Shown piece after piece: positions 28,073 to 32,000 of a DNA stretch of 32,000 nucleotides (position 1 is the first letter of the stretch; each line of letters starts with the position of its first letter). The translations under genes and the position numbers were made by a program. This DNA comes from Promethearchaeum syntrophicum (GTDB lineage: Archaea; Asgardarchaeota; Lokiarchaeia; Sigyniarchaeales; Promethearchaeaceae). The stretch spans positions 2,340,001 to 2,372,000 of the forward strand of contig NZ_CP042905.2 of the NCBI RefSeq assembly GCF_008000775.2, written 5' to 3'. The notes below the pieces were generated by a model. The model searched no databases, had not been told where the DNA came from, and saw nothing but the letters and a program-made list of their open reading frames with translations.

Positions 28073-28342
28073 CATTTTTTTATTTTTTTGTCAGTATACT
28101 TTGTTAAATAGAAATGGACAAAAAAAAAATTCAAATATATCAACGTTTAGATCATCATACTCCAATAAGTTCTGAAGAAGGTTCAACAAAATGCTAAATT
28201 TTAATATCTAACTCTTGAAGTTTATAATTTCTATAAATAATTTTAAATATTAGAATAAAATATTGACTAAATTCTAGTTTTTATTTCTTTTAGAAACCTA
28301 AAAGCTTTTAAATCTCGTCTCAATAAAAAAGTTTGGTTCATC

Positions 28343-28732
28343 ATGATTAATATATGGGCAATTTTGGTTGGTGTTGTCATCTATATGATTTTAGGTATGC
28401 TTTGGTATAATCCTATTTTATTTGGGGATGTATGGATGAAAATGCTAAATTTTAAAAAAGAAGAGTTAGAAATGAAACCTCTCGATATGGTTTATACAAT
28501 TATTGGGGCAATTTTGGGCACTTTCTTTATAGCGTTCATTTTTGAATTAATGGGAGATTATACTTTTCTAAAAGGATTAGGATTGGGAGCAATTCTCGCT
28601 GGAATTATTTTCACAACAAGTAGTTCACAAGTGATCTATAGCAAAAAGCACTGGAAATTATTTTTAATTGACGCGGGATATCATGCAACAAGTGTGTTGT
28701 TGATAAGTATGCTCCTTGGATTGTGGAATTAA
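28343..28732 (+). CDS. DUF1761-like membrane protein
   Basis: 129 aa: MINIWAILVGVVIYMILGMLWYNPILFGDVWMKM...YHATSVLLISMLLGLW, typical of DUF1761. Confidence 0.75.
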   Translation: MINIWAILVGVVIYMILGMLWYNPILFGDVWMKMLNFKKEELEMKPLDMVYTIIGAILGTFFIAFIFELMGDYTFLKGLGLGAILAGIIFTTSSSQVIYSKKHWKLFLIDAGYHATSVLLISMLLGLWN

Positions 28733-28787
28733 GAAATTTTTTTCTCAATATTTTTTTTTATTTATAGAAAAATAGAAATTTGAAGGT

Positions 28788-29567
28788 TTATATTGGAAAT
28801 TTTTCAAAAAAATCTCGTATACTCATCATGATTTCCATTAACATTTCTTCTTTTTTCTGATCACGGACTAATATTACTTGATTATTTGACAGAGAATTCT
28901 TAATAATTGACAGATCTCCACTATTGCCAGTAATTGGTATTAATAATTCAAAATAACCACTCATATCGTTTTTCTTAACATTTAGATGATTTAAATTTGA
29001 TATAGGGATGTTTAAATATCGCTCTCGATTAGATATTTTCACTATTTTTTCATCGGCATCAATGATCTTGATTAAATTGTAGAATTTTAATACAATAATA
29101 AAAATTGCAATTATTGCTATAACACAAAAATCAATTAAAATCATCAACCCAATTAACAATCCCGAAGATGGAAACATGAAAGAAGGTTCAAAATTAATAA
29201 CCCTCGGAAGGATTATGTAAGTGATTGCCACACCTATAGCTCCAAAAACTACACAAGCATAATAGTAACTCCACCGATTCACTTTGATCAAAATTCTATT
29301 GTTATCTTTTATGATTTTCCATGAATTAAATAAAATAAATTCCTGGTCTACCTGAATTAATTCATTAAATGATTGTGGGTGCTTTTTTTTTTGTATAACG
29401 CTAGAAATTAAACTGATTAAGGTAAAAACGCCTGTAAAAATAAAACAATGGCCAATTCTTTGCCCCATTGATAAAACTGAATTATTATTTGGCATTATAG
29501 AAAGGAAAATTCCAAAAGGAATCGCGATAAATATTAACACAAAATATGCAAAAGTATCTTTTTTCAT
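28788..29567 (-). CDS. Four-TM-type membrane protein with C-terminal PH-like region (paralog 3)
   Basis: ORF track start 29585; MKKDTFAYFVLIFIAIPFGIFLSIMPNNNSVLSMGQRIGHCFIFTGVF aligns with the starts of the 25151 and 26631 ORFs. C-term DEKIVKISNRERYLNIPISNLNHLNVKKNDMSGYFELLIPITGNSGDLSII. Confidence 0.7.
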   Translation of the reverse strand: MKKDTFAYFVLIFIAIPFGIFLSIMPNNNSVLSMGQRIGHCFIFTGVFTLISLISSVIQKKKHPQSFNELIQVDQEFILFNSWKIIKDNNRILIKVNRWSYYYACVVFGAIGVAITYIILPRVINFEPSFMFPSSGLLIGLMILIDFCVIAIIAIFIIVLKFYNLIKIIDADEKIVKISNRERYLNIPISNLNHLNVKKNDMSGYFELLIPITGNSGDLSIIKNSLSNNQVILVRDQKKEEMLMEIMMSIRDFFEKFPI

Positions 29568-29715
29568 ACAATAATATTTCTCCAATACAATTTAAAAATT
29601 TTTAACACAGACACTAAAATTTTGATAATATTGCGAAAATGCCGATACTATACTGATGATTGTAGAAGGTTCAATGCATACATACAAATATAAATATTAA
29701 AACTAATTATTTTTT

Positions 29716-30135
29716 ATGTCTGAAAATCTCGATTGGCAGAATAAGCAAGGTATTAACTTCGAAAATGAAGCAAATCAAATGACTATTCAAGGTGGATACG
29801 ACGAGGAAAAGCAATTTGACGGTTCTGAAAATGAAAGCTATGCTAAAGAAAATAGGCAAAAAGAAGTTAGTCCTTTGAAAACAATTTTTGGGACTCTAGT
29901 AATAATCGCAATAGCATGGGTTCTTATAGCTGGTTTTGTCAACGATACAAGATATTTACAAATTCTTGGGTTATCTGTTTTAGGTTTGGTGGTTCTCTCT
30001 TTAATAATTTCGCTTTTTAGACCTGGTCGAGTAAATTTCTGGGCACTTTGGTATTTAGGGGATTTAATTGAAATATTGGTATATATTATCGCTTTAATTA
30101 TTAGAATTGCGATTGAAATTGCTTCCAGTAAATAG
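29716..30135 (+). CDS. Uncharacterised protein with charged N-terminus and three hydrophobic segments
   Basis: 139 aa: MSENLDWQNKQGINFENEANQMTIQGGYDEEKQ...IFGTLVIIAIAWVLIAGF...LQILGLSVLGLVVLSLIISLF...LIEILVYIIALIIRIAIEIASSK. Confidence 0.65.
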   Translation: MSENLDWQNKQGINFENEANQMTIQGGYDEEKQFDGSENESYAKENRQKEVSPLKTIFGTLVIIAIAWVLIAGFVNDTRYLQILGLSVLGLVVLSLIISLFRPGRVNFWALWYLGDLIEILVYIIALIIRIAIEIASSK

Positions 30136-30175
30136 AAATAAGAAGTTGGAAAGATAGCGGAAAAAAGTAAAATTT

Positions 30176-30499
30176 TCACTCATTCCGCGATATTCTTGGA
30201 AATATCATTAACCCCAATATTACTAAAGCGGTAAAAATCAACCCAATGCTCAAAAATGTGATGGAAATCGGAACTTGTTCGAAAATTCCTATAATTCCTG
30301 AAATAAGCGAAAGCATCATAACAGTGACCGATGTAAAAGTATTGATTCTAAGGATTGGAATTCCAGATGCATTTCCACAACAACTGCAGCTCTCACAACA
30401 ACTATCACAACAGCCCTGAGCACAATTATCACAACAACTTTGGCAACTATTTTCACAGCTCTCAGTGCAACTCTGGGAGCAATCATCACAACAGCTCAA
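30176..30499 (-). CDS. Cys-rich N-terminal domain fused to two hydrophobic segments
   Basis: 107 aa: MSCCDDCSQSCTESCENSCQSCCDNCAQGCCDSCCESCSCCGN... (16 Cys in the first 41 residues) then FTSVTVMMLSLISGIIGIFEQVPISITFLSIGLIFTALVILGLMIF. Confidence 0.65.
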   Translation of the reverse strand: MSCCDDCSQSCTESCENSCQSCCDNCAQGCCDSCCESCSCCGNASGIPILRINTFTSVTVMMLSLISGIIGIFEQVPISITFLSIGLIFTALVILGLMIFPRISRNE

Positions 30500-30636
30500 A
30501 TTAAATCTCCTATCTAAATTAAAAAGATAACTTTACAGTACTAAGTATGGCTTAAAAATGTAGCTTAAATATATCTAATTTGAAATAAAACCTCCAAATA
30601 ATTTAAAAAGGAAATTGAAGGATAGTTAGACATCAA

Positions 30637-31446
30637 ATGGAAGAAAAATCACAGGTTCAAAAAACCAATAAAATGCTTCAAAAAAGTATGATCAGCACTG
30701 TCATTTTAGGGGCTTTAGTTCCTTTTACTTTATTTCTTTTATTTTTATATCTGGATTGGTTTCAAGTCCTAAAATTTGACATATCAAGTAGATTTAACTA
30801 TTGGAGTATGGTTTTTTTCATTTGTCTAAGTTTTATTTTATTTCTCAGTTTCATACATATTACTGTTCCCATTAAAAACCTTAAAAAGTGCAATAGAGAA
30901 AGAAAAAACGTCAATCTAGATAATGATAACAAGGATAACAAAGATTGTGAAGATAGTAAAGAAAAATCAAATTTTAAGAGCGTTTATCTTAAGATAGGTT
31001 GGATTACTCTGAAAACCTCTCATCATAAGCCAGGAAATATTAATCATGAATTAAAAATTGGGGAGCATAATATTTGTTGTGGGTGTTATGGTGGTGCATT
31101 GGGATTAATTATAGGGGAGATTATTGGTTCTCTTTATCTTTTTTATTATAATGAACCAAGTAAAATAATTGGGCTAATCTCCTTTTTTCTTGGAATAATT
31201 CTTATTTTGATCTCATTTGCGAAATATATTTGGGAAGTTTATGATTGGAAGCGGTTATTGTTAAACTCATGCTTGGCATTGGGAACTTGGCTCATTATTA
31301 TCGGGATTAATATATACTTTTTAAATTTTTATTCGGTTCTTTACTATTTCATAGTAGTACCATTTATTGGGATTCAACGTTTAACTCTTTCCAGTTTAGA
31401 TCACCAAGTTAATAAAGAGAATAAAGAAGAATCTAGCCAAGCATAA
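30637..31446 (+). CDS. Uncharacterised multi-TM protein
   Basis: 269 aa, MEEKSQVQKTNKMLQKSMISTVILGALVPFTLFLLFLYLDWF..., with a NICCGCYGGALGLIIGEIIG segment. Confidence 0.6.
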   Translation: MEEKSQVQKTNKMLQKSMISTVILGALVPFTLFLLFLYLDWFQVLKFDISSRFNYWSMVFFICLSFILFLSFIHITVPIKNLKKCNRERKNVNLDNDNKDNKDCEDSKEKSNFKSVYLKIGWITLKTSHHKPGNINHELKIGEHNICCGCYGGALGLIIGEIIGSLYLFYYNEPSKIIGLISFFLGIILILISFAKYIWEVYDWKRLLLNSCLALGTWLIIIGINIYFLNFYSVLYYFIVVPFIGIQRLTLSSLDHQVNKENKEESSQA

Positions 31447-31477
31447 GCTTTTTATAAATTAAAGTTACTGGTTAAGC

Positions 31478-32000
31478 ATGGATAGTGATCAACCGAGTAT
31501 TAAAATCAAGAAATATATTCGTTTATATAACAATGAGTTTATAAGGGATAAAAAGGATGAAAATAATCCTATATTTTTAAGCTATATAATTATAAATTTT
31601 ATACCTTTTCCAGTAATCTGTATTCTAGCTTTATTGTTTTTCCTTTATCGTGAGGAATTTAGTTTAATTATTGCAGAAGTTATAATAGTAATTATTGGAT
31701 TAATTGTGCTAATCTCATTTTTATTAACTCTATGGTTATCAAGAAAGACTTTTATTAAACTATATTATTTGCAAACAAATTTCTTTGAAAGACTTCGTTA
31801 TGAAAAAATAAAATTCACTTTAGAAAAAGAAAAATTTTCACCTAAATTAGAAATTGAAGTTGATAAATACTCAATAAGTAATCCCACAGTAGAATTTATT
31901 AATCATACCAAGAAAATGTCTGAAAAAATGCGAAAAAAAACAAAAATAGAGAGTAGTTTATGTTGTATTTTCTTTGTTGCATTATTTATAATTGGTATGT
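31478..32000 (+). CDS. Partial CDS (runs off the window), membrane protein
   Basis: ATG at 31478 opens a frame to the window end without stops: MDSDQPSIKIKKYIRLYNNEFIRDKKDENNPIFLSYIIINFIPFPVICILALLFFLYREEF... Confidence 0.55.
   Translation, partial: MDSDQPSIKIKKYIRLYNNEFIRDKKDENNPIFLSYIIINFIPFPVICILALLFFLYREEFSLIIAEVIIVIIGLIVLISFLLTLWLSRKTFIKLYYLQTNFFERLRYEKIKFTLEKEKFSPKLEIEVDKYSISNPTVEFINHTKKMSEKMRKKTKIESSLCCIFFVALFIIGM

Overview
AT-rich, probably archaeal 32 kb window (taxonomy is inference only). Left part (1-6 kb, minus strand) is a compact array of defence-like genes. It contains a truncated HsdR-N/PD-(D/E)XK-like protein, a ThsB-like TIR protein (DUF1863/MTH538 type), a small multi-TM protein, a second ThsB/TIR-like protein, and a nucleoside-deoxyribosyltransferase/TIR-fold-like protein fused to a 46-aa-repeat Lys/Ser tail. 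A zinc-ribbon protein and a PD-(D/E)XK-like protein follow. No recognisable Thoeris ThsA (SIR2-SLOG or TM-Macro) is visible, so this is my main candidate for an undescribed TIR-based system. It is followed by a decayed 3' fragment of acetyl-CoA synthetase (paralogous to the intact copy at 22.5-24.6 kb), then a plus-strand cluster ending in an OLD-family ATPase/TOPRIM nuclease with a 10-bp phased A-tract repeat just downstream. The middle has membrane proteins, a RHH-PIN toxin-antitoxin pair, a CPBP protease and an MFS transporter. An IS110-family transposase lies at 20.2-21.7 kb, with a hairpin-rich upstream segment (candidate bridge RNA locus) and a terminator-like hairpin at its 3' end. The right part has an intact acs, three dispersed paralogs of a membrane protein, a DinB-like protein, a DUF1761-like protein and a very Cys-rich membrane protein. 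No rRNA, tRNA or CRISPR array was recognised.
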